Assembly: GCF_963853765.1 (NCBI RefSeq)
Contig: NC_088860.1
Span: 3,596,001 to 3,660,000 of the forward strand
Reading direction: 5' to 3'
Origin: Magallana gigas
Taxonomy: Eukaryota
Length of the DNA: 64,000 nt
The translations under genes were made by a program, and so were the position numbers. The notes below the pieces were generated by a model. That model did not search any database and had not been told where the DNA came from. It saw only the letters and a list, made by a program, of their open reading frames with translations. Below, piece after piece: positions 1-13,278 of this stretch. Positions within the stretch are counted from its first letter, which is position 1, and each line of letters begins with the position of its first letter.

Positions 1-1953
1 TATAAAGATGGGACCTAAAATGTTCTTTTATCTTTTATCCGACCCATGTCACAAGCCATTTTTTGGAAATATAGGGCCCAAAACAGAAATGATAATTTTC
101 CTGAAATCTTTGCTAAAATTTGACATGGAAATTGATAATTTGAAGAAATCAAACAAATATTTATAGTTTAAGATAATATTTAGTTATGATTTTGATACAG
201 TATGAAGTTGAACACACGTAGTGACTATTAAAGTAAAATCTATGTCAAAGTTTAAAAATTCTTGCTTTACTAGTGGCTTCAAAGGCCAGTATATAATGAA
301 TACAATAACAGATGTTACAAAATTTTGGAGTAATCAAATGATAACGCAAATCAAAAAAATTATAGTAATGTCTTCTTTCCAAAACTTTGCATACAAATAG
401 ACATATATTGAATGTCTCATTTAAAAGTGTAACAAGTAGGGGGTCACATTACAAAAATTTGAGATAAAGCAAAGTTTAGGCCAAATTTTTTTTTTTAGCT
501 TCTATGAAATATAATTAAATATGCCAAAATATATCAATGGAAACAAACAAGAACCAAGCAGTATTTTTACTGTCCCGAAACAACACATTGTAACTTTGAA
601 CAGGGTGAGTACTAACTTGATCTATGCTATATATCAAATAAATATATACATAGAAATATCTTTTAAAGTATATTTCCTATTTAAAACTAAAAAGTTATTA
701 AGTAAGAATTAAACCTGTTATTTTTCAGTTTTAGCTGTTTGTCTCAAAAAATGTTTTATTTTTAACAGAAGGTAAAGTTGTAGACGTCTTTACTGTGCCT
801 ATAAAAATGACGTACGTAAAATCCCAATAAATTTGTACAAACTTTCCAATATAATGAATAAAAATGCTTATATTGATATGCAATAAATTCGATGAATGAA
901 AATGCTGATATAAAATGGATATGAAAATATTCTTGATGATGTTAAACAATAATTAGTTTTAAAAAATGCGCTTTAAATCAAAGATATCAGAAACTGAATG
1001 GCAAAATTAAAAACAGACAAAATTATCTTAGAAGTTATGAAAACAAATATTAAAGCAACTGCACATTTCATTGAAACTTTATGGATCTTGAGATCCAGAA
1101 ATATATTATAAAGGAAGATTTACTAAAAAAAAAATATTCAGGAACGCACCAGTATGCTATACAACTCACCCTTGGGTCATTCTACCCAAACTGAAGAAGG
1201 TCATTGAATAAGGACGACAGAAAAAAATATCAAAATTTGTACTGTTGCATAGACACACTAAAGGAAGGAGGAAACTAGACCAACCAAAATCAACGTATAG
1301 AAAAACAAAAGAGGAACTAATATATACAGACATCAGCAAAAGCAAGAACCATAGACAGAAAATAGGGGGAACATCGGAAAGGGAGTTGTGTGCAGCTGAA
1401 GAGATCAGGAATGGTGAAGTTGAATAAGAAGTCATTTATAGTTGGCTTAACAAATTATTTTGGGAATCTTTTTTTTTCTAAAAAGTTATTTATATTAGAA
1501 TATATACTAGTATATAGTTTGCGTTGTATATTCAGTAAACCATACAATTAAGCTTGCATATGAACATTTTTTCTGTATATAAAAATTTTCGAAAATCATT
1601 TAATTTTTTTTGAAGAAGCAGGTTTTTAAATATAAATATTGAAGAATTGACATAACTCTATGTCTAATTATAATTATTCGATTGTTACAATTTAAAATCA
1701 AAGCAAGGACAGACTTCATTGTAATATATTGAATACAAAATCTTGAGAAACGACAACACTAAAAGAATGTGTTATGATTTATTTCTCTCGAGAGTAGATA
1801 ACAATTAAGCATTGAATCCTTATTTTTTGAAAGATATAGTCTCATAACTGCAACGGTATGAGCATACAAATTATCACCGTTGCAGTTATGAGACTATATC
1901 TTTCAAAAAATAAGGATTTAATGCTTATATTTACATTTTTTTTACCTTCTTGC

Positions 1954-2981
1954 CACAGGGGCCAAGCCCGTTTTAACATTAATTTCAATGTAACCATAAA
2001 TAAAGAAAGGGGTCGAACTCTGACCCAAATAAAAAACTACCAGCTCGCTTCAAACGCCTAATAAATCAATTAATTTTTTAAACACTCGCAATATGCATGT
2101 ATTTTTCGGAAAAGTAATGTCTGAGATACACTCATGTCGGATTTCAAGTTGATGGGTCTTAAAATAGCGGAGATATACGTCATTATTCTCTCGAAGTCCC
2201 CAGTTTATTTTTACTAGGACATTTACCGGTCCAGGGCTCACAATGGGATTTTGCCTCTGACAACAGCAGTATTGCAACAAGTCGAGAAACATTTGCACTA
2301 ATCTTTTAAAATCTCACATCAAACGCATGCTACTTACATAATTAAATTCCGATAAAATTCCTTAAATACTCTCCAAACTGAACTTTTATTCTCCACCCAC
2401 ATCAACTTCTGACCAGACCGGCCATTGTGATAGCTAATGTTAAACTCAATTTCATTGGTTAATATTCCTGATGGTCCAATCAGAATCAGTCGTTCTCGAA
2501 AACGTCAAAATGGCTGGCCATGTCAGAAGTCAATGTGGTTGCAGGATAAAACTTCTGTATGGAGAGTATATAAGGAATTTTATCGGAGTTTTTGTATGTA
2601 AGTAGCGTGCATTTTATGTAAGATTTTAAAAGATTAGTGCAAATGTTTCTCGACTTGTTGCAACACTGCTGTTGTCTGAGGCAAAATCCCATCGTGAGCC
2701 CTGGACCGGTAAATATCCTAGTAAAAATAAACTGGGGACTTCGAGAGAATAATGACGTATATCTCCGCTATTTTAAGACCCATCAACTTGAAATTCGACA
2801 TGAGTGTATCTCAGACATTACTTTTCCGAAAAATACATGCATATTGCGAGTGTTTAAAAAATTAATTGATTTATTAGGCTTTTGAAGCGAGCTGGTAGTT
2901 TTTTATTTGGGTCAGAGTTCGATCCCTTTCTTTATTTATGGTTACATTGAAATTAATGTTAAAACGGGCTTGGCCCCTGTG
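1954..2981. mobile_element. Non-autonomous foldback DNA transposon (~1.03 kb, very long TIRs, 8-bp TSD; P/hAT-type ends)
   Basis: Starts CACAGGGGCCAAGCCCG (1954) and ends CGGGCTTGGCCCCTGTG (2981). Arms of ~470 bp are inverted copies, which explains the twin ORFs 2050-2298(-) and 2637-2885(+). The 8-mer CTTCTTGC lies on both sides (1946-1953, 2982-2989). Confidence 0.9.
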
Positions 2982-4629
2982 CTTCTTGCCTTGGACGCAA
3001 ATGCGAATTATACCTCAAATTACTGTATTATCCTATGGGTAAGTTCAAATTAATGAAAGAGCCACAGTAACAGCCACAAGTGTGATCTTTGATTTTCGCT
3101 TGTGACGTTGTATTTATCAGCGTTCAACGTTTGTGACGTCACAATTAAAACTCGTGTTTTTACCTTTTAGTACCCTGTTTGTGTTATGGTGCTATATCTG
3201 CAGTAGCTTTACATGCAAAATATATGGGATATGTAAATATGGTACAATAACAAAAGGATGCTTACAACTCTGATTATATCCTGGTGTTGACTTTTTAAAT
3301 TTCTTAATTATTCCTCAGCGTCAACAACTGTTTTTTACGTTAAATAATGAAACAAAATGCGTTTCAAGATGAAAGAAAACGTTTTAAAATCACATATTTT
3401 TAATAATAAAAATGTTTAACCCTTCGCTGTTTCTACTATTAAGGACAATATCTTGCTTTTTATCACAAGTAACGCGATGATTCATCGTATTGTGCGTGTA
3501 GTAAACGTGCCTGTAATGTTAATGATATCGAGTCTACCTTAAAGCAATTAATGAATAGTCGATATCAATATAAAATTTCAAGACACGTAATTACAAAGTC
3601 AAGCCTTTATATCTTTATTCTTCATTTACTTACTCTCCAGTGTAGGTAGAAATCGCACTAGACTTTCTTCCCATATCTGTCTACCTTTGCAGAAGATATT
3701 ACATAGATGCATGTATGTTGAAATTAAATTATAGGTACATTATTTTTCAAGCATTAAACTAGACATCCAAGCGTGACTCCGTTTGAATCTAAAAACTTAA
3801 ATAAAAACTATATAGCAAATAAAAAATAGTCAATAATGCTTTACAACTATAATTTTTCATCAATATATTAAACCTTATCGTCATCAAAATTGTTTTTAAA
3901 CCCACATGTTGCAGCAGTCTTTTGGAAATGTTATTATTTTTTATTATGAAAACTATTTTCTCTAGAATTATGACACACAATTTCTTAGTTTCTTCATAAA
4001 TACAATTAAGGCCATGTTAAAATATCGGTTGAGGAGTCATGCTTAATATTTGATCAGTTTTTCAGAAAATCATCATACCTACGCAACTCATAATTCTAAA
4101 AATATCCAATTTACAATAAGATTTAAATTAAATTTTCGTTTAATTAGAAATTAAGCTTTAACATAATTCTAATATGTTCTCGTCAAAGGGACTTTCATTT
4201 CTGACGGACCTTTTGTAGTTTTACCAGATAAAATTTGTGTTCTTGAAAGATTTTACTTTTAACATTTGTAAACTTTGTACATCAAAGCATCCATAATAAC
4301 CTTATCATTTATTCTGCCTGGTGCAGGCAGATAGCTTAGCACGCAAAACAAAAGTCGCGCAGTTTCAGATTTTATTGTGTAGAAAACGATGCCGTCATGC
4401 TATTAAAACAAATGAAATAACAATTTACAAAACACTACATAACTTAATATCTTTAAAAAACTATGTAAATTCCTTAAAGCTGAACATGGTTCTTAAATAG
4501 GCATAAATTGCCTTTTTGATATATTTCTTGCCATATTTTCTTTTATCACCGTTTTCCCTAGAACCCCTATATAAGCTGCACACCTTTTAACAGTTGAAGA
4601 GGTCTCACATGTGTGGAAGTACATACATT

Positions 4630-4735
4630 AAATCCAAAGACAACCAAAGGAATACAACAGGTCGGCCACGAGTTTCAGGTGTGCAATCGGGTGTAACGAA
4701 ATCAGGTACCTGTGTGATGGTGCCTATTTATGAGC
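4630..4735 (+). repeat. Direct repeat copy 1 (~105 bp), upstream of the Mab-21 pseudogene
   Basis: Shares the identical core CCACGAGTTTCAGGTGTGCAATCGGGTGTAACGAAATCA and the downstream GGTGCCTATTTATGAGC with 8675-8781. Confidence 0.85.
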
Positions 4736-4957
4736 GGTGTTCAGCTTTAAAATATAACATAAATAGCTTTAGACTTAAACAGTTGATAAGAAATAAACCT
4801 TTGCTAAAGATTTACAGTTTTTTTGCTTATTTAAATGACTCATATTTTTGCATTTAAATAATATTTAAAAAAGAAAAAGAAACAACAAGTATGAAAAAAC
4901 CCAGCACCTATATATAGTACAAAAATTTCCACAGTTGTTACACTACTTTATCGAAAA

Positions 4958-4985
4958 ATGGAGTCCTTTACTCACGAAATGTAAG

Positions 4986-5074
<89 letters not shown>

Positions 5075-7430
5075 CAAATCTAGACATAATTAATGTAGAT
5101 ATTGAGATAAAAGAGTCTGTTACCCTCGTTACACATGTTACTCTGTTTTACAGAAGACACGGGTTTTATACAGAATTTGAAGCATTGTTAAAGTTTAAAT
5201 TTAAAAGTCCGATTATTACATTGGTCGTATTTTATTTGTACATGGGTTACAGATATGCCGTACTGGGAACATCTATTGCATTTTTGCCATATATGGATTA
5301 ATGAGTAGCCTACATGTATAAAATATGATAAAGAAACAACATTATAGGGAGTTTTCAGTATACTATTATTCAAAATTGACAGATGTGAGGGAATGCAGCA
5401 CATGTCGGAGACGGTGTTTGTGGCATTGTGTGAGATAGTGGGGACCTCACAACAAGTTGCCTTAAGGAGGGAGGCAATGGACATCAGGGATATGGCAATG
5501 AGACGAGTGACACCTAAAGATGGGTTCAATATAATTCAGATGTTTAGTGGAAGTCGGAGAGAGGGATTCAAACTGAATGGATCAGATACGGACTGGATGT
5601 TTTGGCCAAACAACCACCGGTTGATCATGGACATGTCTCAGTCTGAGTATTACAACACAGCCAATACAGCCTTGATTCTCTCTGACAGTTCTGAGAGTCC
5701 ACCAGGATTCACTTTACTTAAGTTTCTGACACCATATATAAGCAGAGTCATGTGCTTAGCATTTGTCAGAATGAATAAGAGTCTCTACATATCTAGTTCT
5801 AAATACAGACAGTTAACTTTTTTATCGATATTTTCTGATTCTACTGACATGGACCCTGTAGTAGTGAAGTAATAGGAGCAACAGAATATGACCATGCCCA
5901 CTGTTTTGTTTGTGACTTTTGGCCTCCCTCTGTCTCTTCATGGGTAGATAGATGTCAAACATGGCCTGGTCCTGAGGTTGTTAATGATATTGTTAGAAAC
6001 GGATGCCACTTTGTAGCAATAGGACACCCACTAGGTATCCATGAAAATGAAGAGTGGAGAATATCTTTTTCTCAGGCTGAATACAAACTTGTGCACTCAA
6101 TGAACCACTGTCAGTTTTTGACATATGGATTGTTAAAACTAATTTTAAAAAAAGTTATAGATCAATAATCAGAAGAAACCAGTAAACTATTGTGTTCCTA
6201 TCACATGAAGACAACAGTTTTCTGGGCAATACAACAAAACACACTACATCCTTGGTGTCCACAAAATCTCCTGGCCGGTTTCTGGGTCTGCTTTAAACTC
6301 CTCCTTAAATGGGTGCATTGTGGAGTTTGCCCAAACTTTTTCATCCCACAAAACAACCTGTTTCTAACAAAGATTTATGGCTCAGCACAAAACAGATTGT
6401 TTTTACAGTTACATGAATTGTACAGCAAAGGTCTGGCTTGTCTGTTACAGAGTTCCTCTATCAGGTCTCACATCATTGATGTCTTATATAATCAGAGACG
6501 TTTTGTTCATACAAATGAAAGACTCATTTTGACCGAAGTTGACCTTGATCTAGAACTTTTTGATGAAACTTTTATACCTTTTTTTTCCCAAAACACCTTT
6601 TTGAAGTTACCAAAGCCATACACACATTGGAACAACTATTAGAGTCACCCCTGACACAATGTCAAATTATAACATTACAAAGACTTGCAGTCATTATTCT
6701 TCAGAGCACTGCCTTTATAATTCCAAACATGTTCACTTACACAGGTGTCAATAAACAGATGTATATTGCAGACAAGATGTCATGTCGCTTGCTGAAATTA
6801 GCAGTTAAGTTCGGGTATGTTTCTGACATGTTGTACATTGCTATATATTATTACAAGACACTCAGATACAGGGAAGCTTTATTTGTTTTAGAGATGACAA
6901 AGGTCATGTTAGCTCGGCCATATCTGATGTGTAATGATAATGTAGACAAAGAGAGGTACACCGAGGCTTTAGGAGGACAGTCCTGGTCTACAAAAATGAG
7001 ACATGCATGCTGTAGCAAGGGATATCAGTTTTTACAACAGAATCTGTTATATCAGTGAACTAATACCAGAACAACAATCTGCTCTAGAGAATACAGTGTG
7101 TTTATTATTCATTCCAGTGTTTTTATGTTACCCTTCCTAGAGTTCTTGTGTTACAGACACATTGATACAACATTATCACAAGCAGCTCTAAATGAGTTAC
7201 AGGTCCTAGTCCACAATGATCAGGGACTGAATGTTTCTTTACTAGACAGAGACATCTCCTGGGAGATCCTGGGTCTCTGTCAACAGATCACAGGGAACCT
7301 CCAGGCTGCTCTATACTCATACCAACAGTCACTTAACACACAGTATCCTTTACACAGAATACAAGCCGCTACACAAAGGAGAATGAGGAGAATACAAGAT
7401 ATTGTAGGTGAAACAAACATCCATAATTGA
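4958..7430 (+). pseudogene. Mab-21/cGAS-like receptor (cGLR) family nucleotidyltransferase pseudogene
   Basis: Catalytic motif GS-x-D-x-D (FSGSRREGFKLNGSDTDWMFW), followed by WPGPEVVNDIVRNGCHFVAIG, EWRISFSQAE, SYHMKTTVFW and CPNFFIPQNNLF, then a helical C-terminus. Short first exon 4958-4980 (GT donor at 4981, AG acceptor at 5153). Lesions: stops near 5298-5303 and 5345, frameshift ~5845, in-frame TAA 6166-6168, frameshifts ~6610, ~7008 (GCAT duplication) and ~7122. Confidence 0.9.
4991..5072. repeat. (TA)n microsatellite in intron 1 of the Mab-21 pseudogene
   Basis: About 40 perfect TA units. Confidence 0.97.
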
Positions 7431-8674
7431 TCTAGAAAGTTTAAAATGTTAATGCGTATTTACCTTGTTTTGCTACCTTAATTCATAGGAGGCATTTCAT
7501 TTGATTTATGAACTAAAAACCACATTTAATTACTGTTCTATTTTTTTAGTTTCTTATTTGATTTTGTCTAAAAATTGTTACATTCTTAGCCACTCTTATG
7601 ATCTTTTCAATTGTATATATCAATATAAATTGTGTATATAATCACTGGAAGTTGAACAAACTTTTTTTCAATGTATCACAATATACTACTATCCTATTAT
7701 TCATCCTATTCTTCATATTTATGATTTGAAATGTTTTTCTTATTGTATGTACCTATGTGAACGGTTACTTATTGGTAATATAAGACATGTCATGACCATC
7801 CAAAAATTGAATCTACAGTTAGTGTATTATATGTGATGGTTGTGATATCAGCGAGAGAGGACTACATTAAGAGCCAGTATCTCTGTGCATAAACAACCTA
7901 TCAAAGAGCCGGAGTACCGCTAACAAGCCATTTAAATACGGACAGTTCAAAGTGTGTCATTTTTAAAAGTGTTATGAGACAGTGCAACAGAAAAAAATTA
8001 TTCAAATTTTACAACCCTTTCCTCAACAGGCTACTAGAATTTAATCGTTATTTGTAAAACGTTTGAAGATAAGTAAGACTCTATACCATTCTTTACTCTG
8101 TTTAGAAATTGTTCATCCTATGGTTGGAGAGAGAAAGAACTTCAACAGTGTAAAAACAATTGACAGTAGTGCATCTATCTAATAAGTCCAGTTTATTGTT
8201 TAGTGTGTGTATCATTGTATTAAAAACCAAAATTGTTTAAAACCAAATTATTGTTGTTAAAAAAGTTAAAAGAAAGCAGTTTTTGCAATTGAATAAAGAT
8301 TTGAACAATCAATACATGTATATCAATAAAAGAGGGAAAACTCACAGGCTTCTTGTCTTTGATGGGTGTTACTACTAGTATTTTTAAGGTATCCGATCAG
8401 AGTTAGGATCTAATATCCTATTATATCCGTAACGTATTAAATACTTTGTTTTTATTTCGAAGCATTTTAAAGTAGAAAAGGATTTACTAAGAAAAATTTT
8501 CCAAAATGTTATTATCTAAGCAGTAACTTATAGGCCTTCGGACTAATAAACATTCGGACTAGTGGACCTTCTGACTTATGAACCTTCGGATTACTGGGCC
8601 GTGATCTAAATAAATTGGTGAATGCATTATTTACAAACAGAATATGCATATAGAATAAGAAATAAATGCAAAAT

Positions 8675-8781
8675 AAATCCAAAGACCACTAAAGAAATTC
8701 AACGTCCGCCACGAGTTTCAGGTGTGCAATCGGGTGTAACGAAATCACTAGGTGCCTGTGTGACGGTGCCTATTTATGAGC
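8675..8781 (+). repeat. Direct repeat copy 2 (~105 bp)
   Basis: Paralogous to 4630-4735. Immediately followed by TTAA and the TE island. Confidence 0.85.
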
Positions 8782-8915
8782 TTAAAGGCCATTATCGCGT
8801 GTAAATCTTTATAGAATGGTCTTTCCGTATAATAAATTTCAATCTGTAAGTATGCTTCAAACAAATGATTCAACACTGAAAAATTACAGCAATTATAACA
8901 ATAAGGAAGACTTAA

Positions 8916-9231
8916 GGTGGTATGGGACATCTTTCGATATTATTGTGGATTAAAGAGCAATAAAATTAAAATACTTTTACCAGTTTAGAATTTCACATTT
9001 TACAATATTTAATAACAAATGCGATTTGAAAACTTTTGGAAAGGTAAAAATTTTAAAATCCCCAACGGGATTCAAACTCATGAGCCGTATTGAACCCCCT
9101 AACCCACTGTACTACGTTGTTTGGGGTCAAAACTGGTAAAGAAAATATTCATTTATAAATAAAATTATTTATGAAATTAAACTGAATTCTATTGTTTATT
9201 TCGATAAATCATGGAAGTGTCCCATAGCACC
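8916..9231. mobile_element. TTAA-flanked MITE (Kolobok/piggyBac-type target site), 316 bp
   Basis: TTAA|GGTGGTATGGGACA ... TGTCCCATAGCACC|TTAA. Contains an internal tRNA-B-box-like GGGATTCAAACTC. Confidence 0.8.
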
Positions 9232-9235
9232 TTAA

Positions 9236-10514
9236 GTAGTATATTGAGGCTGTCATCAAATAGGAAAAGGATTGACAAATGTGTGACCATACTTATGCTG
9301 CCTCAACTACACAGGTAACTTTAAAGGGACATGGTCACGATTTTGCTAAAAAAAAACAACCCTGTTTTTATTATTTACAATGCTTTATAAATGCGTTTCT
9401 AATGATCAAATGAAATTTGTGTGTCATTTGTTGAGTTATATGCGAGTTACAGAGCTTTCAATTCTTCATCATGTAAACAAGGCACGTGTCCTGTTTTTTG
9501 TTACATAGGTTTAATATACCAGTAAAAGGTTTTTTTCAAAATGATTTGTCTATCCTCTTATTCATTTTAAGCATTAATGAACAGTTTCTAACGGTCAACA
9601 CATTCATTTCGTGTTTAAAACTAGAATTTTCACTTCAACATTCAAAATGTAAACAAAAGCTTTGTTTACATAGCGAAGAATTGTAAGCTCTGTAACTCGA
9701 TTATAACTCAACAAATAACACTCAAATTTTGGTTGCCTTACTAAAGCATTGTAAACATTTAAATCGAAAAAATAATTTTAGACCAAAATCGTGACCATGT
9801 CTCTTTAAGGTAACAAATAGCTGTAATGGAAAGCTCAGAGGCATCGCAGTAGATCAACAGTTCTCAAGATTTGGCGTCATTGAGATGAGGTACCATGACC
9901 TGTGATATCTACAATTTTTTCAATGATTGGAGTGTTGATTTCCAAGTTGTCCATTCTCTTACTATTTGTGTGTGTAGCTGGTCGTCCTAGTCCACACTAG
10001 ACGCAACAATTGTCCTGATGATAATTTTTTCAGCAATGGTTACAAGAGATGAGAGCCCCAATGGGTCGTAGAAGCTTTTGACTGTGGAGAGAGTTCTCGT
10101 ATCACAGGTTTGATTTCATCAGAGATGCTGAATCTTAAGTTGTCTGTTTTCTAGTCCCACAAAAGGCCTAGGATACGCATGGTAGGTGTGTTCTGATCAA
10201 AATCTAACTCACTAAATTACTGGTTAGGTCTTGATGGTCTAATGCATTCGTTACTGCTCTGCTGTTTGATGCAAGGTCTTAGATTCCCATTTATTTTCAG
10301 CGCAACTTGTGTTTAGAAATGAACTCAATAGCTTCTTGTTCTGTAGGGCATGACTTCAGACCACCATCCATGTAAAAGTCATTGACAATAAACTCCATCA
10401 CTTCTCGTCCATGATCATGTGTTTCTGCAGCGAACCCTCTAATGTGTGGAAGTCCATACATAGTTGTAGATGGTGATGGACGATATCCGAATACTGACGT
10501 GCACAGAGCGAGGC
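9236..10514 (-). mobile_element. Degenerate BEL/Pao LTR-retrotransposon RT-RNase H fragment
   Basis: Minus-strand translation, with stops and frameshifts, gives EFIVNDFYMDGGLKS (YVDD-like), LGLLWD.KTDNLRFS, a YDPLG-like segment, IYCDASE and AICYLKVT. The last motif reads through once the MITE at 9325-9804 is removed. Confidence 0.85.
9325..9804. mobile_element. TTAA-flanked MITE, family A copy 1 (480 bp), inserted into the BEL/Pao fragment
   Basis: TTAA|AGGGACATGGTCACGATTTT ... AAAATCGTGACCATGTCTCT|TTAA. Confidence 0.9.
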
Positions 10515-11899
10515 TTAGATAAAGACAACGTGGATTTTGACTTTGACGTTTATTGTTAACGACACGAGCGATGAAACCAATGAGAACGTAAAGGACGAGT
10601 TTTGTACCTCTACCACCCGGTCTCCACTGTGTACGACCAACTGGACAACGCTGAGAGATCGCTCGGTAACTTTAAAGTGAGTATTTAGTATAATCTTGGC
10701 CGTATAGGCCGGTTTAACGTAGAATAATGACCCCCGTAGAATAATGGTCATTTTTCGACGTAGAATAATGACCCCTCGGTTATCCTTTTGCCTGAAGAAT
10801 AAGTGTCATTTTCATAAAAATGAGCACACTCTACATGAAGAAAAGTGACCCCTGTAGAATAATGACCCACCTATAGATTAAAGTTTTTCAGTATATTTTT
10901 TTATTTTACTATTTGTGAAATAGTCTCTATAATATTGTAATATTTACTGTTGTTTACAGTTTACGCCTTCGTCTGTTTTGATTGCATTCAGCAAGTCTCG
11001 GTCGATCGATGTTTGTAACTTTAATGTTTTTCATTACAATACAGTTGCCTCTCTTTGTTTATGATAGTTACAATTTAAAAAAAAGGGTGTTCTAACAAAA
11101 CATTACACTTGTATGTAATTTGATTTAAAAATAAAAATGAAGTTAATGAATAACCATACAAATTTTTTTCGATTTGATAAGCCTTTATCGTCATTCTACA
11201 GAAAAGTGGTATCATTTTTATCACGAAACGTTTAGAACAGCCATCCTTTTAATAGAGTTTTCCCAATTTTTCACTTTTTATATACAAGTTGAAATTCATT
11301 GATGATTTGAACCCACTTTGAAGGGCACAAACAACAAGAGCAAACATCATGGAATACATATAAAAATGATAACATTGTTAAATTAAATTGTACAACGAGG
11401 CTAAAACCAATTAAAAATGATCACAGATTATTTTAAAAGCTTGTTAATGAAAACAGAGACATATAAAATAACATTTATTGAATTATTTGTAATTGCTAAC
11501 TTTGATGCGGTAACATTATAGAAATTTAATATTTCATTATAAAAAAAAATATTTCACAGCATCTTAAATATCACGAATTTTGTTTTATATTGCTTAAACA
11601 CTTTTGGTGTTTCTCCTAAATGGATTATTCTTTTCCATTTAAAAGCGTTTGAAAACAGGTAAACGTTTCCTTGTAGAAATATGGAACCAAGGTGGCGAAA
11701 GTGGTTTTAAATAGCACGGGAACCAGCCAAGAGAGATGGTTTGTTTCCACTCAGATTTTGTCAAGTACCTTGTTCGATGTAACCTTTACTCAAACTACTA
11801 AATACCCTAAATAGCCTTGAAGGGGATGTTGCGAAGGATATTTGTTACAGTAACTCCTCCTTGTATGATGAAGTTCGAGATATGTTTTTCGCGAAGTTT

Positions 11900-12780
11900 C
11901 TTTTTTAATAGTTTGTTTTATTACTTTGTATATTTTGCCTCCCCAAAGATAAAAGTATGATTATCTTTTAAAGTTCTTTACTTAGATTTGATAACGTGAG
12001 TTTTGGAATGATAAGTGATTTTATGACTATTAACCACCATCTTAGTCTTAGCAAAGTTTATATTTAGTCCTGATGTATCAGCAAAAAAAAGAATCTAGTT
12101 CTTTTAGAATCTAATTTTTCTGGTGATCAATTTTTAGATAAAGATGTGTCATCTGCGTTTTGTGAAATTTCTATCTTTAGTATATCCAATTTTTATGCCT
12201 TTAATGTTTTTATTGTTTCTAATTATTGTTCCTAATATTTCTGCACAGAGCAAGAATAAGTAGGGTGATATTTGATCAACCTGTCTGTCTGTACCTTCTT
12301 TGTAGGTAAAAAAAATAATCTGATATTATTCCATTCTAAATACTAGTAATGCCCTTTTATATATTATAAAAGATTTGTATCAAATCGTTTATTAAATTTC
12401 CGAAATAAGGTCGAGTGTATGAAAGAAAAGATTCCATGGTATACAGTTAAAGGCCTTTACAAAAAGTATAACTGAAATATATGCATTCTTCATTTTAGTA
12501 TAGTTCATAAGATCATATACTAATCTGATGATTTTCACCTATGAATCTTTCAATAAGGAGCCAAGTTTGATCTCTGCTAATTACTTTATCATTATATAAC
12601 TTTAACTTATTAGCAATCCAGCATGACGCAAATTTGTAAATAACATTTAAAAAGGCGTATCTCCCGAATGATTAGGTTTATTCAACTCGCATGTTATTCA
12701 TCGATTGTAAACTAAGCAAGCTTCAGAATTATTAGTCAACAAAATGCAAACATGTTTTTTTTAATTTGCCAATCATTATG
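11900..12780 (-). mobile_element. Degenerate Tx1/L1-clade LINE reverse-transcriptase fragment
   Basis: Minus-strand remnants: RFIGEN, LFVKAFNCIPW (DFEKAFD-like), RQVDQISPYLFLLCAEILG, ISQNADDTSL (YADD-like), SGLNINFAKTK. Many stops and frameshifts. Confidence 0.85.
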
Positions 12781-13278
12781 ACCCTTATTTATAGCCAAAG
12801 TAGTAATACAACCATAGCTGCCTCTACGTCAGGGGCAAATTATAATATGAGGCGAAATAACGCGGTACTCTCCTGTGTGGTTTGTTTTTAAAACAAATTT
12901 TGTACATCATTCTTTTCATTGAAATATGGCTTAAGGAAAACTACTGCAATAGTTTTATTATACACATACTTAGCATAACCATCTCGTTTAAAAGCGTTTA
13001 CAGAATTTGATATAAAATCGAACCAAGCAGCTTAAAAAAATAACAATACAAAAACAGTGCATAATATAAGAAAATTTATGTACGGAACATTATTATAAAC
13101 AGCCTTTAAATATAGCACACAAATCTGACGTAAACCTTGTAACCGTGTGGTTGCATAATGGTTGGTTCAATGAGCTACACATTATTACTTTTGTAACAAG
13201 TTGAAGAGAATTGATGAGTATTTAGATAGAAGTAAGCGAGAATATACTATCATATTAAATTTTTTAAGCCATTGCCAT

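Noticed and set aside
770-1430. Purine-rich, coding-looking stretch (ORF 1245-1427)
   Set aside because: Many stops in all frames and no recognisable motif. Possibly an old TE remnant, but it cannot be supported.
2050-2885. Two near-identical 82-aa ORFs on opposite strands
   Set aside because: They are the two arms of the foldback element, start at a non-ATG codon and have no recognisable domain.
10516-11890. Possible DNA transposon with GTAGAATAATGACCCC repeats and a decayed coding-like segment at 11650-11880
   Set aside because: The repeats are visible, but no termini, TSD or protein motif could be fixed.
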